Below are positions 1-10,061 of a DNA stretch of 64,000 bases, piece by piece. A program made the position numbers and the translations under genes. This stretch comes from Hyphomicrobiales bacterium (GTDB lineage Bacteria > Pseudomonadota > Alphaproteobacteria > Rhizobiales > Beijerinckiaceae), in NCBI GenBank assembly GCA_028869185.1, contig JAGWTA010000008.1, positions 13,601-77,600 of the forward strand. Reading direction: 5' to 3'. Below the pieces are notes generated by a model. It was not told the DNA's origin. It was given only the letters and a program-made list of their open reading frames with translations, and did no database searches. The first letter of the stretch is position 1, and every line of letters starts with the position of its first letter.

Positions 1-338
1 GGAAACGCCAGCTCCAGCGCCACGAGCAGACCGACCGTGAAGCCGGCGATGCCCCAGAAAACGCCCATCAGCGCCGAAAACTTCACGGGGCCGTAATTGT
101 AGTTCGGCAGCCCGTCGATCATCTGCGGCGTTTCCGCCGGACGCGACGAGTAATATTTGAAAATCGCCCCGATCGCGGCGACCGAGCCAATGACGAACAA
201 CCAGGCGTGGAACCCGTATTCGGGCGTCCATGCCTTGGATGCGACGAGAAGCGAAAAGGCGGCCAGACCCGCCATAGCGGCCATGAGGCCCATTTCGCCC
301 ACTCGCATGCTTTTTGCTGGGAGAGATGCTTGCGCCAT
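1..338 (-). CDS. ccoN: cbb3-type cytochrome c oxidase subunit I, N-terminal part (gene runs off the window edge)
   Basis: My own minus-strand translation from the ATG at 338 gives MAQASLPAKSMRVGEMGLMAAMAGLAAFSLLVASKAWTPEYGFHAWLFVIGSVAAIGAIFKYYSSRPAETPQMIDGLPNYNYGPVKFSALMGVFWGIAGFTVGLLVALELAF. The NYNYGxVK...FWGIxGFxVGxxxAxxLAF pattern is typical of the CcoN/FixN N-terminus. It is absent from the ORF track because no stop lies in the window. Confidence 0.8.
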   Translation of the reverse strand, partial: MAQASLPAKSMRVGEMGLMAAMAGLAAFSLLVASKAWTPEYGFHAWLFVIGSVAAIGAIFKYYSSRPAETPQMIDGLPNYNYGPVKFSALMGVFWGIAGFTVGLLVALELAF

Positions 339-440
339 GAATTTTGTCCTGTTGCGCGATGGGATACGCATATCGGTGGAGAGGTCGGCGATACGCCCCT
401 CTCCGCCTCGCTTCTTGCTCTAGCGCACCCCTATGTGGCC

Positions 441-454
441 TTGATATGCGTCAA
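441..454. promoter_or_regulatory. FNR/FixK-type anaerobox (TTGAT-N4-GTCAA) in the divergent ccoN/hemN intergenic region
   Basis: The sequence TTGATATGCGTCAA matches the TTGA-N6-TCAA core of the FNR/FixK consensus TTGAT-N4-ATCAA. It lies about 100 nt from the ccoN start and about 118 nt from the hemN start. Both genes are classical FNR/FixK targets. Confidence 0.65.
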
Positions 455-571
455 TGTGTCATGGACCGAAGGGCGCAGCCGCGACTTTGCCACAATATGG
501 GCGCTTGTCGCCACCAGCAATTAATGGTTTGAACTGGCGTTTCAGCCATTCGACGGAAGGTTTGCCTCGCT

Positions 572-1939
572 ATGGGCGCATCGCCGGACCCAGCCCTGCT
601 CATCGCCAAATATGGCGGCCGCGCGCCCCGCTACACGTCCTACCCGACAGCGGTGCAGTTCTCGAACGCGGTCGGACAGGATCAATATCGTCAATGGCTG
701 AAGGGCCTGAAGCGGGAAAACGGCGCGGTGTCGCTGTATGTGCACGTGCCGTTTTGCGATGTGATGTGCTGGTATTGCGGATGCCACACGGCCGTCGTCA
801 ACAAGCGCCTGCCGGTGATGGATTATGTCGGTCGCCTGCTGAAAGAAATCGACCTCGTCGCCGACGCGATTCCCGAGCGTCTCGACGCCGCATCCGTCCA
901 TTTCGGCGGGGGCACGCCGAATATGCTGACCGGAGCGGAAATGGCCGAAGTGCTTGCGACGCTTGGCCGCAGGTTCCGCTTCTCCCCGCAGTCTGAACTG
1001 GCGGCAGAACTGGACCCCCGACTTTTGTCGAAGGAATGGATCGACGAAGCGGTGCGCGGCGGCCTGAATCGCGCGAGCCTCGGCGTACAGGATTTCGACG
1101 CCGACGTGCAGGCGGCTATCAACCGCGTCCAGCCGTTCGACCTCGTGGCCGAAAGCGTCGCCTGGCTGCGCGAGGCGGGCGTGGTCTCGATCAACATGGA
1201 TTTGATGTACGGCCTGCCGCGCCAGACGCTCGCCAGCCTCGAACGGACGATCGACCAGGCGTTATCGCTGGACGCCGATCGCATTTCCCTCTTCGGCTAT
1301 GCGCATGTTCCCTGGCTCAAGTCGCACCAGAAACTCATCGACGAGAGCGAACTGCCGGACCCCGCGCTGCGCTACGCCATGCAGAATCGCGCGGCCGACG
1401 CGCTGGAAGCGCGTGGATGGCGCCGGCTTGGCCTCGATCATTTCGCCAAACCGGACGATTCGCTCGCGCTCGCCGCAGCCGACGGATCGATGCGCCGCAA
1501 TTTTCAGGGTTACACAACCGACGCCGCGCCTGTGCTGATCGGTTTCGGCGCATCCTCGATCGGCCGGATGCCGCAAGGCTACGTGCAAAATCACGCCGCC
1601 GTGCCCAAATGGCGCGAGGCGCTGGACCGTGGCGAACTGCCGGTCGCCCGCGGCCTCGCGATGACGGACGACGACCGCTTCCGCGCCGACATTATCGAAC
1701 GCCTGATGTGCGACTTCAGCGTCGATCTGGCGAGCGTCGCGGACCAGCACGGCCGCGATACGGCCGAACTCGAACCTTCTTTCGACGCCCTGCGCGCGAT
1801 GGAGGCGGATGGCCTGGTGGTGCTCGACAAAACGAAAATCGAGGCGACGCGCGCCGGCCGGGATTTCATCCGCACGATCTGCACGGTTTTCGACGTGCAT
1901 CTCGACCGCGAGGCCGTGCGCCACTCGCAAGGCGTCTGA
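572..1939 (+). CDS. hemN: oxygen-independent coproporphyrinogen III oxidase (radical SAM)
   Basis: 455 aa. Radical-SAM CxxxCxxC motif (HVPFCDVMCWYCGC). The HemN-like N-terminus (RYTSYPTAVQF) and the length fit HemN. Confidence 0.9.
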   Translation: MGASPDPALLIAKYGGRAPRYTSYPTAVQFSNAVGQDQYRQWLKGLKRENGAVSLYVHVPFCDVMCWYCGCHTAVVNKRLPVMDYVGRLLKEIDLVADAIPERLDAASVHFGGGTPNMLTGAEMAEVLATLGRRFRFSPQSELAAELDPRLLSKEWIDEAVRGGLNRASLGVQDFDADVQAAINRVQPFDLVAESVAWLREAGVVSINMDLMYGLPRQTLASLERTIDQALSLDADRISLFGYAHVPWLKSHQKLIDESELPDPALRYAMQNRAADALEARGWRRLGLDHFAKPDDSLALAAADGSMRRNFQGYTTDAAPVLIGFGASSIGRMPQGYVQNHAAVPKWREALDRGELPVARGLAMTDDDRFRADIIERLMCDFSVDLASVADQHGRDTAELEPSFDALRAMEADGLVVLDKTKIEATRAGRDFIRTICTVFDVHLDREAVRHSQGV

Positions 1940-2074
1940 TCCTTGCCCAAAAATGAAGACGCGGGCGGGCCGGCCCGTATCATCGCGAGACATCAGGCAC
2001 AGGACGCGAACGCATGGAGGCCGAATCGCGATCTGCGGATCTGGGCCGGCCGGAGTTTAAGAAACCGTTGCGGG

Positions 2075-2326
2075 CTATTTTTTCGGGCTTGAGCCCGTCC
2101 CCGTCTGCATGAAAGCGCCGAACATCGAACGCATCCAGTCGGCGTTGGCGCCGAAGAGCGGAAACCAGGCCTCGATGAATTTTTCCGGGGCGTAGTTCTC
2201 AATCTCACGCATCATGCGCTTTTCGGCATGATCCATGATCGCCCGCTGCATCGGCTCCACATCCGGCAGGCCAAAGAAGCTGCGAGCCTCTTGCGGCGTG
2301 CAATCGACGTTGACGGTCACCTTCAT
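2075..2326 (-). CDS. small conserved hypothetical protein (83 aa, no assignable function)
   Basis: Clean ORF with protein-like composition (MKVTVNVDCTPQEARSFFGLPDVEPMQRAIMDH...). It lies in an otherwise empty gap and is convergent with hemN. The family was not recognised with certainty. Confidence 0.55.
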   Translation of the reverse strand: MKVTVNVDCTPQEARSFFGLPDVEPMQRAIMDHAEKRMMREIENYAPEKFIEAWFPLFGANADWMRSMFGAFMQTGTGSSPKK

Positions 2327-2466
2327 GGCTGGTCCTTTCCCTGCTCGTTGCCGCGATCAGCTCCGCATGACGCGCTGGCCCTGCCGAAACGCTTGCCCGG
2401 CTGGGCCGGAAAATGCAAATCTCCCGCGCAGCGCAGCCCCAAAACCCGAAGGAAAGACGCGCGATT

Positions 2467-2862
2467 ATGTCTCATGCCCCCTTGAAAAAAGGCTTCAAAC
2501 AGCTGCTGGCCGAAGCCAATGCAATCGTGGAATCGGTCGACGTCCGCCATGCGCTGCCGCTTGCCGGCGACGCCTCCGTTCAGTTCGTCGACGTGCGCGA
2601 TGGCCATGAACTGGCCGCCTCAGGCCGCATTCCCGGGGCCGTTCACGCCCCGCGCGGCTTCCTCGAATTCATCGCCGATCCCGACGGCCCGATGCACAAG
2701 AAAGAATTTTCGAGCGGCAAGAAGCTCGTTCTGTTTTGTGCAACCGGCGGCCGCTCGGCGCTTGCCGCCCGGCAGCTGATGGAAATGGGCTTTGCCAATG
2801 TCGCGCATATGCCCGGTGGTTTCGCTGCATGGAACGCCGCAGGCGGCCCTGTGGAACGCTGA
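2467..2862 (+). CDS. rhodanese-domain sulfurtransferase
   Basis: Active-site loop FCATGGRSA (CxxGxRS). Start placed at the internal ATG at 2467 (MSHAPLKKGF...), preceded by GAAGGAAAG. The ORF-track start at 2413 is probably an upstream extension. Confidence 0.8.
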   Translation: MSHAPLKKGFKQLLAEANAIVESVDVRHALPLAGDASVQFVDVRDGHELAASGRIPGAVHAPRGFLEFIADPDGPMHKKEFSSGKKLVLFCATGGRSALAARQLMEMGFANVAHMPGGFAAWNAAGGPVER

Positions 2863-2868
2863 CGCGCT

Positions 2869-3771
2869 TTGCAACGCTCGATCCATCAACTCGATGTCTT
2901 CACGCAACAGCCGCTGGCGGGCAACCCGCTGGCGGTCGTGCTCGACGGCGACGGCCTCAGCGCCGCGCTGATGCAAAAAATTGCGCGCGAGTTCAATCTG
3001 TCGGAAACGGTCTTCGTTCTCGCGCCGCGCAATCCCGTCAACACCGCGCGCATCCGGATTTTCACGCCGACGGCCGAACTGCCCTTCGCCGGTCACCCGA
3101 CCGTCGGAACCGCCGCACTCATCGCGCGCCTGCGCGCTCCGGAATTTGCCGGCGCACGCGATCTCAGCGTCATTCTCGAAGCAGAAATCGGCGTGATCGC
3201 CTGCACCGTGCGGCTTGAAAAGAACGGCGTTGATTACGCCTATTTCGAATTGCCGAAACTGCCGGAAAAAGTCGGCGGTGCAAGCAGCGTCGCGCTTGCA
3301 CACGCTTTGGGGCTCGAACGCGGCGACATCGGTTTCGACAATCACACGCCAACTCTATACTCGGCCGGCGCCACATTTTGCTTTTGTCCGGTCGCCTCGC
3401 GCGCGGCGCTCGAAAAAGCAGCGCCGGACGCCGATTTGTTGCGTTCCGCCACACTGGGCGCACGCGGCGCTTACCTTTACACGCGCGAGACCGTCGATTC
3501 CGGCAACGCCGTCCAAGCGCGCATGTTTGGAACGACGGTCGGCCTGTACGAAGATCCCGCGACTGGCGCTGCGGCAGCCGCTTTCGCCGGCGTCGCCCAT
3601 GAATTCGAGAAACCCGAAGACGGCGAGCACACGCTCGTGATCGAACAGGGTTACGCAATGGGCCGCCCCTCGCAAATCACCCTGGGCGTCGTCATTCGCG
3701 ATGGCGCGCTGATGGCCGCCACCATCGGCGGCCATGTCGTTAGCTTTGGATCGGGAAAGATCGAAGCGTGA
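2869..3771 (+). CDS. PhzF-family isomerase/epimerase-like protein
   Basis: 300 aa with a TTG start. N-terminus [23 protein letters not shown] and the internal [10 protein letters not shown] are typical of the PhzF family. Confidence 0.8.
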   Translation: MQRSIHQLDVFTQQPLAGNPLAVVLDGDGLSAALMQKIAREFNLSETVFVLAPRNPVNTARIRIFTPTAELPFAGHPTVGTAALIARLRAPEFAGARDLSVILEAEIGVIACTVRLEKNGVDYAYFELPKLPEKVGGASSVALAHALGLERGDIGFDNHTPTLYSAGATFCFCPVASRAALEKAAPDADLLRSATLGARGAYLYTRETVDSGNAVQARMFGTTVGLYEDPATGAAAAAFAGVAHEFEKPEDGEHTLVIEQGYAMGRPSQITLGVVIRDGALMAATIGGHVVSFGSGKIEA

Positions 3772-4472
3772 GAAAAGCCGAAATCCTGCGCGTCGATCGA
3801 CTGGATTGCCCGGTCGTCGCGTACGACTGGCCCTTCGCGCGCGCCAACGCTGCGAAAGTGGCGACACATTGGCAAGAAAAGGTGGCGCAAAAGCCCGCGC
3901 TTTTCGACGGACGCGTGCTGCTTTGCCAGGCGCCGCAGCTGAGCGAAGGCGTCTATCGCGCGAATTATTTCGAAACGGCCTTTTCCGCCTTCATGGCGTG
4001 GCGCGACTTCGGATTCCCTGGCGACGACGTTTACAACGGTTTCGGCATGGCCGCGCTGCGCAGCGCCGATGGCGCGTTTCTGCTTGGCGAAATGGCCGCG
4101 CATACAGCCTCGGCGGGCGCGATCTATTTCCCGGCGGGAACGCCCGATCTCCACGATATCGCCGCCGGTCGCGTCGATCTCGCGCGCTCGGTCGTGCGCG
4201 AGTTGCGCGAGGAAACGGGGCTCGACGCAGCAGACGCCGAAGTCGCGCCGGACTGGACGATTGTGAAGCTCAATCGGCGCATCGCGTATATGAAGACCAT
4301 ACGATTCGACATTTGTGCCGACGAACTGGTGCGACGTTTCGAGCGCTGGCGCGCCGGCGAATCTCACCCGGAACTCGCAGCGCTGCACGCCCTGCGCAGT
4401 CTGGACGATCTTGCGCGCCTCGACTGCCCGGATTTCATCCGCGCCTATATCGCGCACGCCCTGCAGGGCTGA
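3768..4472 (+). CDS. NUDIX-family hydrolase (atypical, with N-terminal extension)
   Basis: Nudix-box-like segment GRVDLARSVVRELREETGL. The GTG start overlaps the PhzF stop (GTGA), which suggests translational coupling. Confidence 0.65.
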   Translation: MRKAEILRVDRLDCPVVAYDWPFARANAAKVATHWQEKVAQKPALFDGRVLLCQAPQLSEGVYRANYFETAFSAFMAWRDFGFPGDDVYNGFGMAALRSADGAFLLGEMAAHTASAGAIYFPAGTPDLHDIAAGRVDLARSVVRELREETGLDAADAEVAPDWTIVKLNRRIAYMKTIRFDICADELVRRFERWRAGESHPELAALHALRSLDDLARLDCPDFIRAYIAHALQG

Positions 4473-4488
4473 GCGAAATCAGGCGGGC

Positions 4489-4824
4489 TCAGGCGCCCTG
4501 CGGATAACCGTGTCGTGATTTGCTGGCGCGCACCAGCGCAATCGCCTGCGCGTCGTTGCCCGCGCGGCAGGCCGCGCTCGCAGCGCCGATCTCGCTGTCG
4601 ATCTGCTTGAACACCGACTCATTGACGTTGCCAGTCTGATGATCCTGATCGGCCACGGCGCGATAGCGGGCGATCTGCTCGGAGCAAGCTGCGCCAGCCG
4701 GCAAAGGCGCGGCGGCGCCTTGCGAAGCCTGCGGCGCGGCGGCAACCGGCGCAGGCCGATTTGCGTTGCAGGCGGAAAGCGTCAGTGCTGCGATGGAAAG
4801 CATCAAAAACGGCGCGGCGCGCAT
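4489..4824 (-). CDS. putative lipoprotein, function unknown
   Basis: Signal peptide with a lipobox (MRAAPFLMLSIAALTLSAC). 111 aa. Confidence 0.6.
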   Translation of the reverse strand: MRAAPFLMLSIAALTLSACNANRPAPVAAAPQASQGAAAPLPAGAACSEQIARYRAVADQDHQTGNVNESVFKQIDSEIGAASAACRAGNDAQAIALVRASKSRHGYPQGA

Positions 4825-4874
4825 GGAAAGCGTCTCCTGAAGTTACGCAAGAATTGCGAAGTTCGCCCGTGCGG

Positions 4875-5354
4875 TCAAGCGCTGCGCGGCGGCAGCACAA
4901 GCAGCGTCGACGTTCCATGCGACAGAACGCGGCCGTCGCTGTCGAGAATGCGCGCTTCCGTTGTGACGATCTGCTTGCCGGCGGCGATCACCCTGCCTTC
5001 ACAACGCACGCGTCCCGTCTTGGCCGTGATGGCGCGCGTGAAATTGCCCTTCGTCTCGACGGTGGTGTAGCCAACGCCCGGCGGCTGCAGCGTCAGGCAG
5101 GCGCAACCCGTCGCGCTGTCGATCAGCGTGAGCGACCAGCCGCCGTGCACCGTGCCCATCGGGTTGAGCAGCCCTGCGCTTGGTTGTCCCTCGAACACGG
5201 CGTAACCCTCGCGCGCTTCGACGATCCAGAAATCGAGCCTTTGCGAAATCGTCGCCTGCGGCAGGCGCCCGGCAATGATCGCCTGCAAAATCTCCAGGCC
5301 GCTCAGGCCGGCAATCTGGTCGGGCGTTGCAACGCCATAGGCGCGATCGGTCAT
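4875..5354 (-). CDS. PaaI-family (hotdog fold) thioesterase
   Basis: The motif GTVHGGWSLTLIDSATG and a length of about 160 aa are typical of PaaI/YbdB thioesterases. Confidence 0.8.
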   Translation of the reverse strand: MTDRAYGVATPDQIAGLSGLEILQAIIAGRLPQATISQRLDFWIVEAREGYAVFEGQPSAGLLNPMGTVHGGWSLTLIDSATGCACLTLQPPGVGYTTVETKGNFTRAITAKTGRVRCEGRVIAAGKQIVTTEARILDSDGRVLSHGTSTLLVLPPRSA

Positions 5355-5367
5355 AGAAAAACATCCT

Positions 5368-5394
5368 GAAAAAAAGCCCCGCCGAAGCGGGGCT
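5368..5394 (-). terminator. rho-independent terminator downstream of ilvC
   Basis: The minus strand reads AGCCCCGC-TTCG-GCGGGGCT followed by TTTTTTT, immediately after the ilvC stop. Confidence 0.85.
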
Positions 5395-5402
5395 GTCAGC
5401 GC

Positions 5403-6512
<1,110 letters not shown>

Positions 6513-6528
6513 TCAAAGGCTTTGAGGC

Positions 6529-7095
6529 CTAGAGCGCCTCCGGCCCCCGCGAAATGGCGGCGACGCCCGTGCGCGCGACGTCCACCAGCCCGAGCGGGCG
6601 CATCAGTTCGACGAAATCGTCGATCTTGTCAGGCCGCCCGGTGAGTTCGAACACGAAGCTCTCCGTCGTGGCGTCGATGACGCGGGCGCGGAAGGCCTCG
6701 GCCAGCCGCATGGCCTCGACGCGATTTTCGCCCTTGCCGCGCACCTTCACCATCGCCAGCTCCCGCTGGATGGATCGGCCGCGCAACGTAAGGTCCGTGA
6801 CGCGATGAATGGGAACGATGCGATCGAGCTGATGGCTGATCTGCTCGATGATCTCGGGCGTGCCCGTCGTAACGATCGTGATGCGCGAAAGATGCTCGCC
6901 ATGCGCGACCTCCGCCACCGTAAGACTTTCAATGTTGTAGCCGCGCGCCGAGAAAAGGCCGACGACGCGCGCGAGAACGCCCGGTTCGTTATCGACCAGA
7001 ACGGACAATGTGTGGCTTTCCATCGCCGATTTGCCCATGGCGGAAGAATAGGGAGACGGAGGCGAAGCAGGAGCGGGAGCGTTCATGTGGTTCAT
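6529..7095 (-). CDS. ilvH: acetolactate synthase small (regulatory) subunit
   Basis: ACT-domain signature HTLSVLVDNEPGVLARVVGLFSARGYNIESLTV. The start is uncertain. I chose the ATG at 7095. Alternatives are the ATG at 7086 and the GTG at 7158, which overlaps the ilvI stop as GTGA. Confidence 0.9.
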   Translation of the reverse strand: MNHMNAPAPASPPSPYSSAMGKSAMESHTLSVLVDNEPGVLARVVGLFSARGYNIESLTVAEVAHGEHLSRITIVTTGTPEIIEQISHQLDRIVPIHRVTDLTLRGRSIQRELAMVKVRGKGENRVEAMRLAEAFRARVIDATTESFVFELTGRPDKIDDFVELMRPLGLVDVARTGVAAISRGPEAL

Positions 7096-7154
7096 CCGGA
7101 AAATGGAAAGCGGCGTGGCGAGTTCTGGCCGATGCGCGATCGGCCAGGCTCCGC

Positions 7155-8918
7155 TCACACCAGCATCTTGCCCTTGTCATCGATCACTGAGCCGATGTCC
7201 TCGTCTGTATCGGGCAGGATCATGTCGTTATGCGCCTTGCCTGACGGGATCATCGGCAGGCAATTCTCGGCCTTGTCGACAAGGCAGTCGAAAATCACCG
7301 GCTTGGGCGAGTCGATCATTTCCTGAATGGCGCGGTCGAGATCGGCAGGATCGGAGCACCGGATGCCATGCGCGCCATAGGCTTCGGCAAGGCGCACGAA
7401 ATCGGGCAACGAATGCGAATAGCTTTCCGAATAGCGCCCGCCATGCAGCAATTCCTGCCACTGGCGCACCATGCCCATATATTCGTTGTTCAGAATGAAG
7501 ATTTTCACCGGCAGACGATATTGCATCGCCGTCGACATTTCCTGAATGCACATCTGAATGGACGCTTCGCCGGCAATGTCGATGACCAGCGCGTCGGGAT
7601 GGGCCATCTGAACGCCAATCGCGGCCGGCAGACCATAGCCCATGGTGCCGAGCCCGCCTGATGTCATCCAGCGGTTCGGCTCTGCGAAGTGGAAATGCTG
7701 CGCAGCCCACATCTGGTGCTGGCCAACTTCCGTCGTGATGAACGTCTTGCGGTTCTTCGTCAGTTCGTAGAGCCGCTCGACCGCATATTGCGGTTTAATG
7801 GTGCTCGCCGACTTCTTGTAGGAGAAGGATTTGCGCGCACGCCATTGCTCGATCTGCGCCCACCATGCGTCGAGCGCGGCCTTGTCGGCGCGCAGGGCGT
7901 CCGTGCGCCACAAGCGCACCATGTCTTCGAGCACATGCGCGCAATCGCCGACGATCGGCAGGTCCACCTTCACGTTCTTGTTGATCGAGGATGGGTCGAT
8001 GTCGATGTGGATCTTCTTGGAACCCGGCGAGAACGCATCGAGGCGGCCGGTGATGCGATCATCGAAACGCGCGCCGATGGCAATCATCAGATCGCAATCG
8101 TGCATGGCGTTGTTGGCTTCGTAAGAGCCGTGCATGCCGAGCATGCCGAGCCATTGCGGATCGGGCGCAGGATAGGCGCCAAGGCCCATCAGCGTCGACG
8201 TGATGGGGAAACCCGTCAGTCGCACGAGTTCGCGCAACAGATGCGCGGCGGCAGGACCCGAATTGATGATGCCGCCGCCCGTGTAGAACACCGGCTTTTT
8301 GGCGGCCGCCATCATGGCGACAGCTTCCTTGATGCGATCGAGATCGCCCTTCACCTTCGGCTGGTACGTCTTGTGTTGCAGACCGCGCGGGTTGACGTAT
8401 TTTCCAAGCGCAAATTGCACGTCCTTGGGAATGTCGATCACCACCGGGCCCGGGCGCCCGTTGGCGGCGACGTAAAAGGCTTCATGCAGGATGCGCGGCA
8501 AATCCTCGATCTTTTTCACGAGGTAATTGTGCTTGGTGCATGAACGGGTGATGCCAACCGTATCGCACTCCTGAAAGGCGTCGGAGCCGATCAAATGGGT
8601 CGGCACCTGCCCGGTGATGCAGACGAGCGGAATGGAATCGAGCAGCGCGTCGGTCAAACCCGTCACGGCGTTGGTTGCGCCAGGGCCCGAGGTCACAAGC
8701 AGCACGCCCACCTTGCCGGTGGACCGCGCATAGCCTTCGGCGGCATGCGCTGCGCCCTGTTCGTGACGCACGAGAACGTGACGCACGAAATTCTGGTGAA
8801 ACAAAGCGTCGTAAATCGGCAATACGGCGCCGCCGGGATAACCGAAAATCGTGTCGACGCCCTGATCCTTCAGGGCTTCCACGATCATTTCGGCGCCGGT
8901 CATTTGTTTCATCGCCAT
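7155..8918 (-). CDS. ilvI: acetolactate synthase large (catalytic) subunit
   Basis: 587 aa. It has the motif GYPGGAVLPIYDAL and the ThDP-binding motif GGLGTMGYGLPAAIG...NNEYMGMVRQWQ. A GAAGGAG Shine-Dalgarno precedes the ATG. Confidence 0.95.
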   Translation of the reverse strand: MAMKQMTGAEMIVEALKDQGVDTIFGYPGGAVLPIYDALFHQNFVRHVLVRHEQGAAHAAEGYARSTGKVGVLLVTSGPGATNAVTGLTDALLDSIPLVCITGQVPTHLIGSDAFQECDTVGITRSCTKHNYLVKKIEDLPRILHEAFYVAANGRPGPVVIDIPKDVQFALGKYVNPRGLQHKTYQPKVKGDLDRIKEAVAMMAAAKKPVFYTGGGIINSGPAAAHLLRELVRLTGFPITSTLMGLGAYPAPDPQWLGMLGMHGSYEANNAMHDCDLMIAIGARFDDRITGRLDAFSPGSKKIHIDIDPSSINKNVKVDLPIVGDCAHVLEDMVRLWRTDALRADKAALDAWWAQIEQWRARKSFSYKKSASTIKPQYAVERLYELTKNRKTFITTEVGQHQMWAAQHFHFAEPNRWMTSGGLGTMGYGLPAAIGVQMAHPDALVIDIAGEASIQMCIQEMSTAMQYRLPVKIFILNNEYMGMVRQWQELLHGGRYSESYSHSLPDFVRLAEAYGAHGIRCSDPADLDRAIQEMIDSPKPVIFDCLVDKAENCLPMIPSGKAHNDMILPDTDEDIGSVIDDKGKMLV

Positions 8919-8951
8919 CTCCTTCGGAACTTCAGGGCGGTTCTAGCCAAC

Positions 8952-8976
8952 AAAAAAGGCCCCGGAAAGGGACCTT
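8952..8976 (-). terminator. candidate attenuator terminator in the ilvIH leader
   Basis: The minus strand reads AAGGTCCC-TTTCC-GGGGCCTT followed by TTTTG. It sits between a BCAA-rich mini-ORF and the ilvI Shine-Dalgarno. Confidence 0.55.
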
Positions 8977-9004
8977 GGAACAAGCGCCAGCGGCGGAAGG
9001 GGGT

Positions 9005-9067
9005 TCAGACCCGCTCCGGCGAAGGCGCTCCCGATACGACAAGAATGTTCGACATGTTCAGGGCCAT
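9005..9067 (-). CDS. candidate ilvIH leader peptide (MALNMSNILVVSGAPSPERV)
   Basis: My own translation. It contains a run of Ile-Leu-Val-Val codons (ATT CTT GTC GTA) upstream of the hairpin/T-tract. An alternative start is the ATG at 9055. It is not in the ORF track because it is too short. Confidence 0.4.
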   Translation of the reverse strand: MALNMSNILVVSGAPSPERV

Positions 9068-9170
9068 TTTCCTGCTTTTCAAAGTCCTAGCGTCGAACAG
9101 GCTGGGCCGTCAAGGGAAAATCGCGGCGAGCCGGACAACGGCATCGTCGAAATCCGGCGCAGGCGCGCTG

Positions 9171-9962
9171 TCAGCTTCCGGCGCCGCCGCATTCCCGTGA
9201 CACGCTTTGCGCTGCATCCAGCAATGTCGCCAACGCCTTTTCCTGCATGGCCTCGACATCGCGCGTCGCGCCGATCAGGGCGAGCGCGGCGACAACGTCG
9301 CTTTGCGCATCGAGAATAGGCGCACAGAGCGCCGTCAACCCGGGCACGACCGTTGAATCGGCTGTGTCGAAACCGGCGGCGCGAATATGCGCCAGTCGCT
9401 CCAGCAAACCGGCGCGCGCGCGCGCGTCCTCAGGCCCATTATCCTCGATGAGACGACGCCGCAGCCGCTCTGGCGAATAAGCGAGAATGACTCGCCCCGA
9501 GGCCGACCCCGTCAAAGGCAGGCTCGAGCCGACCGCGAGCGCGGTTACGAAGGGCATGGGACTTCGTTCCCAACGCACAATTGTCGGTCCACGGTCGCCC
9601 AGAATAGTCAGAATGGCTGTAAGGCCCGTCGCATCGGCGAGCGCCGGCATGGCGGCGCCGGCCAGCGCCAGCGCATCGACCCGCGCCATGGCCGACGCGC
9701 CGATGCGAATGGCGAGCGGCCCGAAATCATAGAGCCCGGTGGCGCCGTTCTGTCGCGCAAGACCGCGCGCGACGAGACTGGCAAGATAGCGGTGGGCGAG
9801 GCTTGCGGGCATATCCGCCAGTTCGGCGATGTCTTTCAGCGTCGCCGCCCGCCCTGCCTGCGTGAGGGCGACAAGCACGTCGACAGCGCGATCGGCCGAC
9901 TGGATGCCCCGCCGAGCGCGTGTCGCGTCCGGCAAAGTCTTCGATGCCCTGCCCTTTTTCAT
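9171..9962 (-). CDS. IclR-family transcriptional regulator
   Basis: N-terminal wHTH (IQSADRAVDVLVALTQAGRAATLKDIAELADMPASLAHRYLASLV) plus a C-terminal IclR effector domain. Start chosen at the ATG at 9962 (MKKGRASK...). The ORF-track start at 10076 is a TTG inside the promoter region. Confidence 0.85.
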   Translation of the reverse strand: MKKGRASKTLPDATRARRGIQSADRAVDVLVALTQAGRAATLKDIAELADMPASLAHRYLASLVARGLARQNGATGLYDFGPLAIRIGASAMARVDALALAGAAMPALADATGLTAILTILGDRGPTIVRWERSPMPFVTALAVGSSLPLTGSASGRVILAYSPERLRRRLIEDNGPEDARARAGLLERLAHIRAAGFDTADSTVVPGLTALCAPILDAQSDVVAALALIGATRDVEAMQEKALATLLDAAQSVSRECGGAGS

Positions 9963-10061
9963 GGCCGAACCGTGAGCCAGACGAACCAGCGCGTCAAGCG
10001 CATGCGTCCGCGCAAGACGCACGAAATGCATTTTCTTGTTTGTTTTCAGGTTGCTATAAAT

